A stretch of 64,000 nucleotides of DNA from Octopus bimaculoides (lineage: Eukaryota): positions 28,169,768 through 28,233,767 of the forward strand of contig NC_068984.1 in the NCBI RefSeq assembly GCF_001194135.2. Direction: 5' to 3'. The stretch's first letter is position 1; each line of letters starts with the position of its first letter. The position numbers and the translations under genes were made by a program. This document shows positions 12,891-25,121 of the stretch, one piece after another. The notes beneath the pieces were generated by a model that worked only from the letters and a program-made list of their open reading frames with translations, made no database searches and was not told the origin of the DNA.

Positions 12891-13070
12891 TATATTTGAA
12901 AGAATGAGTAGAGATGGCTTTTTTCGAGGGGATAATTTTTATCAGTTTGAAAACAGCTACTTGAAGCTCGAAGCTCATATCAGAGTAACTCACTGTAAAC
13001 ATAATTAGTAAGATTAAAATAAAATTTATCCCCTCAAAAAAGCGATCTCTACTCATTCCTTCAAATATAT
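12891..13070. mobile_element. MITE-like element with about 50-bp imperfect terminal inverted repeats in (TA)n
   Basis: Left arm TATATTTGAAAGAATGAGTAGAGATGGCTTTTTTCGAGGGGATAATTTTTA. Right arm reverse complement is TATATTTGAAGGAATGAGTAGAGATCGCTTTTTTGAGGGGATAAATTTTA. TA repeats flank both ends. Confidence 0.8.
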
Positions 13071-14194
13071 ATAATATATATAATATATGTACATGTATGT
13101 ATGTATGTATGTATGTGTGTAATAAAGGGTAAAATTATACAAATATTCTATAATTATAAACATAATTATAATCAGGGGTCAGCTAATTACTTCACCACAC
13201 ATCGAATTTAGATATAGGAATTAAAATGCCTTTTCTACTACCATAAAGATGTCCCAGACAGTAACATAGGCAAAAAGAAAACCTAACAAATCCACAAGAC
13301 TAGAATATTTGTATGTATGTATGTATAAGTGTATATATTTATATATATACGTGTGTGTGTGTGTGTATTTATGTATATGATTGTATGTATATGTGTATCT
13401 AGAAGAAATGATAAGCACAAGTTTATATTATTTGTTCCTACGTATGTATACGTTTGCTTGGAACACTTTTTTGGATGTTCCAAGTGCAATTGGATTCTTA
13501 GCCACGACAGAGCTTTAAAGAATATTTAATTGCATTATGTTACAGAGAATTAAAGTCTAGAGTTGGGTAGTTAGCGCGGCATTTTATAAGAAGTATTTTG
13601 AGAGGAAAGTATAAAGAAAGCAATTGGAAAAGACCAATAAAGAATGACGAAGAAGCAATGGGAACAGAAAAGAAGACGAAAAGACTAAATAGGGAATAAA
13701 GAAAGAGGAAACAGAGAAAGAAAACGGAAGAAAGAGGTAAAAGATAAGATTGTAATTAAAGAAAGCAAGAAACGGAAAACTAAGTTGAACAACCATAAAA
13801 GAGATAAACAACGAATATTTAAACAACATAAAGAAAGTAAGTAAAAATATATGAATACAAACGAGAGATAAAGTAAAAGGAAGAGAGAAAGATAAGAAAA
13901 CATTGTGAAATAGGGAGCATACGAGAGAGGGAGACAAAAGAGATTATAAACAAGAGGAGTGCTCTGAAATTGAGAGTTGGTTAATAATATATATTGATTG
14001 AAAGTAAAAGAGGTTGGGAAACGAACATAAGCAAAAATATGTGCAGAAATAAATGTAGGTCATGATCTTGCACAGAATAGGTGTCCAATGGTCATTTTCT
14101 ATATTTCAAAAGGACTAAAGGACGAAACACACAAAACGCTTTTAAGTACAGAAGTATGGATTCATAGATCAGACATATTACCATAATCAGGTGT

Positions 14195-14204
14195 GCATAT
14201 ATAT

Positions 14205-14235
<31 letters not shown>

Positions 14236-14315
14236 ATACACACATACACACACAACACACACACACACACACACACACATACAACTGTCTCTCACTCTCT
14301 CTCTCTCTTTTCACT

Positions 14316-14376
<61 letters not shown>

Positions 14377-14405
14377 AAACTTTACATACACATATATATA
14401 TATTC
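14195..14405. repeat. Compound microsatellite (CA)n-(CT)n-(TA)n
   Basis: Directly visible. Similar tracts at 13290-13400, 20480-20665, 25020-25130, 37220-37385, 38260-38370, 52255-52350, 59860-60040 and 63850-64000. Confidence 0.95.
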
Positions 14406-14904
14406 TCTTTTTATTCTTGTTTTCTTTTTATTTCTTTCAGTCATTTGACTGTGGCCATTGCTGGAGCACCACCTTTAGTCAAACAAATTGCCCCCAGGAC
14501 TTATCCTCTTAAGATCCATAAATATTATAAATGATATCTAATAATATCCTATGAATGTGAGAATGTAGTCATGAACAAACCTGTGTTATGCAGAAACGTA
14601 TGTAGCAATGCCTTGATAAAATATAAAACTTTCCATCCAATAATTTTTCATTATTATATTTATCCTCTGTCATAGTGAGTGCCACATACATAACCATACC
14701 AAGAATTACTCTGGAAGATGGGAATAATAAGCAGTAGCCAGCAACAAGTAGCATAGGAGCTTTTATGAAAACACTTGGAGGCATTTGCCATAAATTAAAA
14801 GTTTGTGCGTGTGTGTGTGTATGTGTGTGTGTGATTGTATGTGAGTGTATGTGTGCATGTGAGTGTGTGTGTGTACATATGCATGTATGTATAAATTATT
14901 TGAG

Positions 14905-15290
14905 AAGCCCATTGAGTATAGTGGGTGTAGTGGGTGCTTTGAGTGTAGTTGAGTGCATTGAGTGTAGTGGGTGCTTTTACGTGCCACCGGCACGAAGGCC
15001 AGTCAGGTGGTACTGGCAACGTCCACACTCAAAATTGTGTATTTTATGTGCCACCTGCACAGGAGCCAGTCCAGTGGCACTGGCAACGATCTCGCTCGAA
15101 TGTCTTTACACGTGCCACTGGCACAAGCGCCAGGAAAGCGATGCTGGGCACAGGTGCCATCACGATTTCAACAGGTCTTCGTAAGCCGAGTTTCGTGTCC
15201 AATGAAGGAGACGACGTTGGCATCGGTGCCAGTCGTCGAATTTAGTTCGATTTCGATTTCACTTGCCTCAACAGGTCTTCGCAAGCGACT
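14905..15290 (-). mobile_element. RTE 3'-UTR-derived fragment with tandem hairpin units
   Basis: Three units of TTTTACGTGCCAC(C/T)GGCAC..GCCAGT..ACTGGC, plus a duplicated ACAGGTCTTCG segment. Confidence 0.75.
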
Positions 15291-15572
15291 TTCATATAGG
15301 TGATACAATTTTGGGTGCATATCAATTGAAATAAGAGCTATGACGCAAACTTATATATTAATAAAACTTGTTTATTATCTTATGCACATTTCAATGCAAG
15401 ATCCTGACTCACTCTTGTCTGAGATAAGAAATTAGAGCCTGGCATCTCTTCAGGGCGAAGTTACATTAATTCATCGCAGACAACAGACAACATTATTACT
15501 TGTACTTAAATTACATGAGTATAAAAAAGTTATAATCAGGTTGTAACGACATGAACATATTGAAACTGCTTG

Positions 15573-15618
<46 letters not shown>

Positions 15619-15621
<3 letters not shown>

Positions 15622-16037
15622 TGCAGGCATGGCTGTGTGGTAAAAAGCTTGCTCTCCAAGCACATGGTTCTGGGTTCACTCCCACTGTGTGGCACCTTGG
15701 GCAAGAGTCTTCCACTCTAGTCTTGGGCGAACCAAAGCCTTGTGAGTAGATTTGGTAGATGGTAATTGGAAGAAGCTTGTCGTGTATATATATATGTGTT
15801 TGTGTGTGTGTGTATTTGTGTTCTTGAGTGTGTTTGTGCCACTGCCATTACTTGACAATTGGTGCTAGAGTGTTTATGCCTCCATAACTTAGCGGGTCAG
15901 CAAAAGGGACCGATAGAATAAGTACTAGGCTTACAAAGAATAAGTCCTGAGATCGATTTCTTCAACTAAAACCTTTAAAGGCAGTGCTCCACCATGGGCG
16001 TAATTAAATGACTGAAACAAGTAAGAGAATAAAAGAA
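15619..16037 (+). mobile_element. Full-length tRNA-derived SINE family A (octopus OK/OR-type; exact family not assignable by eye)
   Basis: Head GGTGCAGGCATGGCTGTGTGGTAA...GGGTTCACTCCC with A/B-box-like motifs, core GGCACCTTGGGCAAG, an internal (TA)/(GT) tract, and tail AAATGACTGAAACAAGTAAGAGAATAAAAG. Confidence 0.9.
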
Positions 16038-16623
16038 TATATATATATATATATANNNNNNNNNNNNNNNNNNNNNNNNNNNNNNNNNNNNNNNNNNNNN
16101 NNNNNNNNNNNNNNNNNNNNNNNNNNNNNNNNNNNNNNNNNNNNNNNNNNNNNNNNNNNNNNNNNNNNNNNNNNNNNNNNNNNNNNNNNNNNNNNNNNNN
16201 NNNNNNNNNNNNNNNNNNNNNNNNNNNNNNNNNNNNNNNNNNNNNNNNNNNNNNNNNNNNNNNNNNNNNNNNNNNNNNNNNNNNNNNNNNNNNNNNNNNN
16301 NNNNNNNNNNNNNNNNNNNNNNNNNNNNNNNNNNNNNNNNNNNNNNNNNNNNNNNNNNNNNNNNNNNNNNNNNNNNNNNNNNNNNNNNNNNNNNNNNNNN
16401 NNNNNNNNNNNNNNNNNNNNNNNNNNNNNNNNNNNNNNNNNNNNNNNNNNNNNNNNNNNNNNNNNNNNNNNNNNNNNNNNNNNNNNNNNNNNNNNNNNNN
16501 NNNNNNNNNNNNNNNNNNNNNNNNNNNNNNNNNNNNNNNNNNNNNNNNNNNNNNNNNNNNNNNNNNNNNNNNNNNNNNNNNNNNNNNNNNNNNNNNNNNN
16601 NNNNNNNNNNNNNNNNNNNNNNN

Positions 16624-16822
16624 TGATGTTGATGATGGTGATAATGATGGTGGTGGTGTCGATGATGATGTTGATGAAGATAATGATGACAATGATGATG
16701 GTGGTGGTGGTGGTGGTGGTGGTGAGGGTGGCGGTGGTGGTGGTGAGGGTGGTGGTGGTGAGGGTGGTGGTGGTGCTGGTGGTGCTGGTGATGATGATGA
16801 GAACGCTGCCACCGATGATGAT
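16624..16822. repeat. (GAT)n/(GGT)n trinucleotide tract
   Basis: Directly visible. Others at 25345-25530, 27425-27535 (CGT/CAT), 30200-30290 (ACT) and 52440-52605. Confidence 0.95.
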
Positions 16823-17214
16823 TCCTATTCCTGTTATATTCAATAAATGCATATATACCATCAGACACTTGTACGTGAATAATTTCTTTAAAAATTATTA
16901 TACTGGTGAAGACAATTTTAATATGTAGATGTTCTTTTTAACAGAATGTTATTTAATATAAAAATATTGGTGAGCAGGCTATAACTGCCTATTTTAATAA
17001 CATATGTTGACAATTGATGAGAATATTTTTAATAATAGTTAGACTTAATTGAAATTCAATTGCCTAAGTGTATTAACTGAAGACAGCAGAATTAAATATG
17101 TTCAGGAAATATATTTTACACTGCAGTGTTGTTTATAGATATTTTCAAGTATTCAACCTTTTTTTTTTTTATGGATAAAATTTTAAAGGTTTGTTTATCT
17201 TAGTGTTAGGTAAT

Positions 17215-17430
17215 CTTGTACTTGTTTCAGTCATTTGACTGCAGCCATGCTGGGACACCTCCTTGAAGGGCTTAAGTTGAACAAATTGAGCCCAGGGCTT
17301 GTATTTCGAAGCCTAGTACTTATTCTATTGGTGTCTTTTGCTGAACCGCTAAGTTATGGGGACATAAACACACCAACATTAGTTGTCAAGCTGCAGTGCA
17401 GGACAAATAGAGACATAGAGACACACATTC
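17215..17430 (-). mobile_element. SINE family A, 3' half
   Basis: CTTGTTTCAGTCATTTGACTGCAGCCATGCTGG...GAACCGCTAAGTTATGGGGACATAAAC. Further partial copies at about 12400, 14420, 26640 (+), 29000, 34085, 38455, 45600 (+) and 58125. Confidence 0.85.
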
Positions 17431-17572
17431 ACCAAGATATATGTATATATATATGTATGTATATATATATACGCACACATATATATACATATATAAATAG
17501 AAGTATTATTATTTCTAAATCTCTCTAAAGGAGACTACAGCAGCAATACTGCATATTAATATTTATTGCCAA

Positions 17573-17787
17573 GAGGCGGCAAGCTGGAAGAAACATTAGC
17601 ACAGCGAAATACTTAGTGGTATTTCGTCTGTCTTTACGTTCTGAGCTCAAATTCCACTGAGGTTGACTTTGCCTTTCATCCTTTTGGGATTGATAAATTA
17701 AGTACAAGTTGCATACTGGGGTCGATATAATTGACTGGCCCCATCCCCCAAAATTTCAGGCCTTGTGCCTAGTGCAGAAAAGAAAAC
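17573..17787 (+). mobile_element. SINE family B (tRNA head plus a MetaSINE-like core)
   Basis: A box GGCGGCAAGCTGG, B box GAGCTCAAATTCC, and core GCCTTTCATCCTTTTGGGATTGATAAATTAAGTAC. Confidence 0.85.
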
Positions 17788-17974
17788 AATATTTATCACC
17801 AAACTAACATAGCAGTCCAGAGAAATAGGATGAATGCTACCATTCAGTAGCTCCAAGAGGCCATCGCCTCCAGCTAGCTATGTGACTCACAAATCTGTGT
17901 CCATCACAACCATCTAACAGGGGAGATCATTAGCTTCCCCTTGCTGGTTCAACATCCACAGACTGGTTGATGGG

Positions 17975-18432
17975 CTTATTTCTTTACTGCCCACAAGGAG
18001 CTACACACAGAGGGGACAAACAAGGACAAACGGATTAAGTCAATTATATCAACCCAGTGCGTAACTGGTACTTATTTAATAAACCCTGATAGGACGAAAT
18101 GCAAAGTCGACCTCAGTGGAATTTGAACTCAGAACATACAAACAGATGAAATACTGCTAAGCATTTCACTCGGCGTGCTAACGTTTCTGCCAGCTCACCG
18201 CCTAATGATTCTGCCAGCTCAATGCTAAACATAGAGGGGACAAACAAGGACAGACAGAGGGATTAGGTCGATTACATCAACCCTAGTGCATAACTGGTAC
18301 TTATTTAATCAGCCGCATAAGGATGAAAGGCAAAGCCAACCTCAGCGGTATTTGAACTCAGAATGTAGCGGCAGACGAAATACTGCTAAGCATTTCGCCC
18401 GGTGTGCTAGTGTTTCTGCCAGCTCACCGCCT
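17975..18432 (-). mobile_element. Two tandem SINE family B copies
   Basis: 17975-18203 and about 18225-18432. Both end on the plus strand in GCCAGCTCACCGCCT, the reverse complement of the head AGGCGGTGAGCTGGC. Confidence 0.9.
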
Positions 18433-20150
18433 TCTCTCAGTTTCTTTCACTGGCTTCTTACAGTTTCTGTCTATGAAATCCACTCACAAGGATTTGATTG
18501 GCCTGAGGCTATAATAAAAGGCTGAACCACGAACTAAGATTCTCACTACATAATAATGCCTGCACCTTAGAGAAATTTATATATTTGTATATTATGTATT
18601 TTATGATTATTAGATGAACACTCAATGCAGTATTCACTTTACTATAGACAATAAATAAAAACCAGTTAAACACAAATTTTAAATTCAGTTATGTATATTA
18701 TCAATTAATCGATGAAACCATGGAGCAGCAAGGGAGCCTCTACCTGGTCATTTGACCTTCTAAAAGTAGCTGTCAATTTCCCTTCAAACCCCCACCATAA
18801 CATCTTAAAGAGAAAAGACAAATTGAAAAAAATATTCTGGGTATATCATTTAAAAATATGAAGGAACGGTCATAGCGGGACCTCTTTAATCATAGTTGTG
18901 AAACAACAAAAATATCAGTTAAAGTAGTTTATAACTGAAAAAGTTTTTGACTTGTGTATGAGGCTATAATTACATCTCTCATTTGACAAAATAACAAATA
19001 AAATTGAGTGAATTATTTGCATAGCTGAAGGCAATTGTATTTAAATTATATAACCAAATAAGTAAGAGACTGAGTTCACGCGAGTGTAAAGTGACTTCAC
19101 TAGAATATAAAGGGACATAACTTAATATTAGTTTCAAATTTTGGCACAAAGCCAGCAAGTTCGGGGGGAAGATGGAATAACATTTGATAGGATACTTCTT
19201 AATACCTAATGATTGCGGTTATCTAACTGAAATGATCCCTTATTAAGCAAACCTTAAATGAGGAGCATTCGAGGTGTGACTGTCTTTTTAGAAGTATAGA
19301 AGACAAGGTCCTCCAGAGTGCCCTTTCCTTATTTTCAAGGACTGAGCATGATTTGAAGCAGATTTTGGCTACTGTTTCTAACTGGTTGAATGTCCACATA
19401 AAGGCTTTCTTTTTTGTATCCTTCTAATTTTAAGCTAACATTCAGTCAGTATCAACTAACTTTCATACTTGACAAAATTTGGTAAAATATATTCTATATT
19501 GGAATCGATTTAATTGATTTTGCTCTTTATCAGCAAAACCTTACCTTGTGCCTAGTCAGATTAAATCAATATTACTTAATTCAGATACGAGAAATAGCAA
19601 AAACGGAGTGTGATTACTGACTAGAAAGTGCAGATCAACAAGTGAAATTGCTCTCCCAGCAGACCCAGTTTCAAGTAGGTGGTGTGATTGAGGTCAACTA
19701 TTATATATTTTCATTAGATTACCTCAGAAATGTCTGTGTGTGAAGAAGTCCAATGAAAGAGAACTAACTCTTCAAATGCACCCTATGTGGTCAAAATTCA
19801 TGTTTTCCAATTGGTGAGGAATGAAGATTTATTGAACATCTTACTTTCCTTCAAACAGAAAGTGAAATGCTTTTATTTCTATTTTGCTTTATCTTACTTA
19901 TTTTTATCATTTTTTTTTTTATATATAGCATTAATAAAAAAAAAACTATGAATTAAACATATAAATGTAAAAGAAATAGTAACTTTAGGGCATCAATATT
20001 AATATAAGTATTTATTTATTCTTGACATCTGACAAAATTAGATTGTAACATGGAAGCCAAAACATTATCAAATAAAGCAATAAAACAATAAACCAAATCA
20101 CACAATATCAAAAAAGAAAAAACAATAAAGTCTGCTTTTGTATGACTTAC

Positions 20151-20216
20151 CCTTCAGAAAGGTTTGCATGAATTTCTTCAGATGAGTCTTTCCAATCTTA
20201 TTTCTTTCCTGATCTC
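20151..20216 (-). CDS. Candidate coding exon of an unidentified host gene
   Basis: Acceptor TTATTTATTTAAG|GA, donor AAGG|GTAAGT. 66 nt, with one open frame DQERNKIGKTHLKKFMQTFLK. Lies in non-repeat DNA. No homology check was possible. Confidence 0.4.
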
Positions 20217-20602
20217 CTTAAATAAATAACATTTCAATTATCATTTATTTTGTCTTTTTTCTATCTTTACTTCTACTTCCAGTAGTTTCATTTCATTTAT
20301 CCTTTATTTAGAGTAGTATAGATTGATCAAACTATTAGCCCTCACTTTTATCTTTCTGCCTACACCATATTTCAAGCAGTAGATTTTTCCAATCATCTAG
20401 TTATAGTGTCTCAGCATGGCTCTTTCAGAGTCATTTCCTGGTAAAGATCAGTTCATTTATCATGGCTCAAAACCTTTACGTATGTATGTATGTATGTACG
20501 TATGTATGTATGTATGTATGTATGTATGTATGTATGTATGTATGTATGCATTTTTACATACACATAAACATATGTATGTATATGTCTATATATCTGTATG
20601 TG

Positions 20603-20647
<45 letters not shown>

Positions 20648-20959
20648 TTCATATACATGTGTATGTATCTATTTATAAAGAGAAAATGAGAGATAAAGAT
20701 TGATGGTAAAAATAAATGCAGAGAAATAATCAAAGTCATGCCCTTGTCTCAGACTGAAAAATTCTGAATTCCTCAAGAAGCACCAAAATTACTTTTTGGA
20801 GAAACTAAGCAAAAAGCCAGTCGGTAAACACAGCACAAACTTAACACAGCATTACAATGATTTTGTTGTCCTGCATATGCACAATACGACAAATTTTCAG
20901 AATATCAATGTCATGTAAACATTCCACTGTCACATAAACGTGCCAACGTCACATAAGCG

Positions 20960-21240
20960 TGCAGGGGCCATATAAAAAATAACCATACCAGTGTCATGTA
21001 TAAATCACCTGTGCTGGAGGCATGTATACAGTACCTTTGCCAGTGCCAGGTAAAAAGTACCCAGTAAAGTGCTTGCCATTAGGAAAGCCATCATGCCATA
21101 GCCATAGAAACCATATCGAAACAGACAACTGGAGCCTGGTGCAGCTCTCCAGTCTGCCAGCTCCAGTCAAACTGTCCAATCCATGCAAGCATAATAATGG
21201 ACATTAAACTATGATGGCAATGATGATGATGATGATGGAG
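20960..21240 (+). mobile_element. Degenerate RTE 3'-UTR element with (GAT)n tail
   Basis: ATTAGGAAAGCCATCATGCCATAG...AACTGTCCAATCCATGCAAGCAT...GGACATTAAAC, then GATGATGAT. Confidence 0.7.
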
Positions 21241-22565
21241 CATGATCAACCAATCAACCAAACTTATGTCTACTAATTATATACTATGGAGAGTATATGA
21301 GTAATAGATATTATCATCTATGGAGACATGAAAAGTTAAGATTATATCTATGATATTTCAACAGGTGACAAAATGGACAGAATTTAAGTGGCATTTTGTA
21401 ATGGTTCTTGAGAAAGAGACAATGTTGATGATCTTCAAATGCTCTCCAGGGCTACTGATGTCTATATGATCAGGCCAGGTTGGTGCAATATCTGATGAAG
21501 AGAAAAGACATGAGTGAATTGAGAGGGTTTGAAGTACGTGACATGAGACCATCTAAGCACGAAGAACAGAAGTTTACGGTAATAACAGTAGAAAAGATGA
21601 ATCTAGGACATTTACCCCACCTCCCATGGACAATAACTCCCCAAGAAAAATTACCCATGAGGACCACAGATGATGATTTAAAACTTCTTAATGTGTTGGA
21701 GAGGAGGTAATTAACTAAGCAGGATAATTGTCCTGGGGGTAGTTGTCGTTGAGGGGGAATTGTCCTATGGGGGGGGGGGTAATTTCCTAGCAAGTAATTG
21801 TCCCGATATGGAAAAGACAGAGTGAAGAGACAACATGAGAAGAAATCATATCTAATGAAGTAAGAGTATATCTGGTGAGCAACTTCATGTCAGCCAATCA
21901 GATATCTCCATGTCAATCAACCATTTAGTCAAGGACGTCTGTACTTATAGCAGCAACACCACTTTATGACTTTTATATGTAAATGTTTCTGCTACTCCAA
22001 GATGTAAGTGAGAACAAGCATTCATTTGCATCTTAAAGATGTGGCATGTCAATAAGTAAAATGTTTCTTTAAAGGGTTTCCATTCAATTCAGTAATGGGT
22101 AATAACACTATGGAACATTTCAAGTACATAATTGAGAAGTACTTTACCAAATTCCCCTTGTTAGTTTACATATGTTAATAATGTCTCACTTTCCTGACTG
22201 CACAATGACCATATAAACTCCGTAAATAGTACTGAATAAGAAAAGAAAACAATAACCAGCCATTATTTCTTGTTATGCTAATGCAACCCTCAGAAATGTT
22301 TAACAAAAGCTTACTTCTATTTAACCCTCGGAAGTGTTTAACAAAAGCTAACATCCATTTAACTTTATCCACATTACATGCATCAGCCGCTCTACTGTGT
22401 TAAGATTGATATAATCAGTTGTTTACAACACAGAAGAAAAGTCATTGGTAACAAACTATAAATATACTAGCTAAATAATATATTCTTGAGAAACAAATAT
22501 CAGCCATGTTTCATGGAAGTTGGAACCTCTTAGACACAGGAAGTACAAACAAAATTGAAATTTAC

Positions 22566-22695
22566 TGCAACTTTTTCTTTACTGAAATTGTCTTGCTGAG
22601 ATGATACAAAGAGTCTCTGTGTCAATATAACACTAGATAAACTGAAGTTGTTCAGCAAATCTTGCACAGACTTCAATCCAATATAGTTGCCCCTA
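22566..22695 (-). CDS. Candidate coding exon (weak donor)
   Basis: Acceptor CTCATTTCAG|T and an open frame RGNYIGLKSVQDLLNNFSLSSVILTQRLFVSSQQDNF(SKEKVA). The donor is ambiguous (22583 or 22566). Confidence 0.3.
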
Positions 22696-23238
22696 CTGAA
22701 ATGAGTTTAAATAGTATTATATTTATATTGGAGCTTAGCTCATGAATTAGCTAGTATTAAAAAAAGTGTTTTGTGAGTTATTTTCTATTCTAATGTGTTA
22801 CACACACGCACTCATCAGACAATGAGCAAATTCAAGTTACTCAGGAATACAAGGATTGAAAAGTATTGTGAAAAACTATATAAAGATTAATCTATGGTTT
22901 TATATGATTCTGTAGTAATACGCAAATATATATACATATTAAAATACATTTAGTGTATTATATCATATTAGAATATCTAACAAGATTTTTAACAGAACAC
23001 CTGTTTCAGCATGTGTTATAACAAGAATCCTTTTCTTTCTTTCTTCTTTTCTTTTTTCGCTTGTTTATTTGCTTCTGAAAAAAAAAAAATAATAAATATT
23101 TTTTTATATATTTATTAAGCTCTTTGACTTTGGAATAAACATTTTTTTGTGTTAATGTTCTTACTCACCTCATCAAAAGTACAAACAAAATAAACTATAT
23201 GTTATTAGTGTTATTAGCTATCTTCTACATTTTTTTTA

Positions 23239-23298
<60 letters not shown>

Positions 23299-23682
23299 TT
23301 GTTATTATTATTATTGTTATTCTACTTATTGTATATTTGAAAAGAAATCCCTAAAAGTGATCTTTTAACCCATAAATCCATCAACATTGAATGATTTGTT
23401 ACAATAATTAACGTGTCCCCTGAGGATCAAATGTGGTTGAGCATCTATATGCTTCTGGAATTTCTATCCCAGGGCTCCAAACAGCCATAATGGTGAGCTG
23501 CATGTCAGAACCTTAATATAAACCTATGTTTATCCTTACTTTTCCTAGCTTTGCTCTGTAGTTCATTATTGGGAATTTTATTTAGAATAGTAATTAACAA
23601 ATATACAAGAAGCAGACGGGATTAAGAAAATCTGCATGGAGCTTTAAACACACCAGCAGCAACCGTACATATGCTCAACTTA

Positions 23683-24146
23683 TACTCTTTTACTCTTTTA
23701 CTCTTTTACTCTTTTACTCATTTACTTGTTTCAGTCATCTGACTGCGGCCATGCTGGAGTACTGCCTTTAGTCGAACAAATCGACCCCAGGACTTATTCT
23801 TTGGAAGCCTAGTACTTATTCTATCGGTCTCTTTTGCCGAACCGCCAAGTTATGGGGACATAAACACACCACCATCGGTTGTCAAGCGATGATGGGGGGG
23901 GACAAACACAGACACACAAACACACATACATATATATACACATATATACATGCTAGCATGGAAAGCGGACGTTAAACGACAATGATGATGATATATACAC
24001 ATATACGATGGGTTTCTTTCAGTTTCCGTCTACCAAATCCACTCACATGGCTTTGGTCGGCTCTAAGCTATAGTAGAAGACACTTGCCCAAGGTGCCATG
24101 CAGTGGGACTGAACCCGGAACCATGTGGTTGGTAGCCACTCCTGCG
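23683..24146 (-). mobile_element. Full-length SINE family A containing a nested RTE 3' stub
   Basis: (TACTCTTT)n tail, body and head ...GCCACTCCTGCG. A 44-nt RTE-tail stub sits at 23949-23992. Confidence 0.9.
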
Positions 24147-24436
24147 TCAAAATAAGCTAGTAGAAGTTAAGTGCTTTGGATATAGATAGCAAGAAGCCTT
24201 GGATGCAAAACATGGGTCTAATCTACCAAGTCAGTCAAGTGATACACTATCCTGCTGTCATGTGTGTTCACTGAGAGGGAGATAAAACTGGGAGTATAAA
24301 GATGAAGGAAGTCTGGTAGATGGAATGAGGTGTTTGGAGGATGATATTTGGGGGAAGAAAGGCCAAGTAGCTGAATGTGTACAATGAATCTGCAGAAGGA
24401 GACAGAGGAAGGCAAGGGAAGAAGTGATATATATAT

Positions 24437-24975
24437 CATCATCATCATCATCATCATCATCATCGTTTAACGTCCGCCTTCCATGCTAGCATGGGTTTGA
24501 TGGTTTGACTGAGGACTGGCGAGCCAGATGGCTGTACCAGGCTCCAATCTGATCTGGCAGAGTTTCTACAGCTAGATTCCCTTCCTAATGCCAACCACAT
24601 CAAGAATGTAGTGAGTGCTTTTACATGCTACCGGCACAAGGACCAGTCAGGCGGTACTGGTAAAGGCCATGTTCAAATAGTGTTTTTATGTGCCACCTGC
24701 ACAGGAGCCAGTCCAGTGGCACTGGCAACGAATTCACTCGAATGTTGTTTTTCATATTCCACCGGCACAAGTGCCAGTAAGGCGACGCTGGTAACAATCA
24801 CGCACAAATGGTGCTTTTTGCATGCCACTGGCATGGCAACATCAGCAGCCCTGGCAACAATCAGGCTCATATGGTGCTCTTAACGTTCTATTAGCACAGA
24901 TGCCAGTCAGGTGGTGCTGTCATCGGCCAAGTCAGCAAATTTGATTTTGATTTCACTTGCCTTAACAGGTCTACA
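24437..24975 (-). mobile_element. RTE 3'-UTR element with (GAT)n tail and hairpin units
   Basis: CATCATCATCGTTTAACGTCCGCCTTCCATGCTAGCATGGG...CTACAGCTAGATTCCCTTCCTAATGCCAACC, followed by GTGCC/GGCAC units. Confidence 0.85.
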
Positions 24976-25090
24976 CTCATACATACAAATATATATATAT
25001 ATGTATGTATTTGTGTGCATGCATGTATGTGAGTTTGGTGTGTGTGTGCATTTGTGTGTGTGTGCATTTGTGTGTGTGTGTGTGTGTGTG

Positions 25091-25121
<31 letters not shown>

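Noticed and set aside
15619-15700. tRNA gene-like A/B boxes (also 11190-11267, 17573, 18130-18203 and 40047)
   Set aside because: These are SINE heads continuous with SINE bodies, with no complete cloverleaf.
19545-19865. Minus-strand splice-like signals and partial open frames (GAFEELVLFHWTSSHTDISE; LETGSAGRAISLVDLHF...)
   Set aside because: Phases are incompatible with the 20151 exon and there are in-frame stops; could be UTR or chance.
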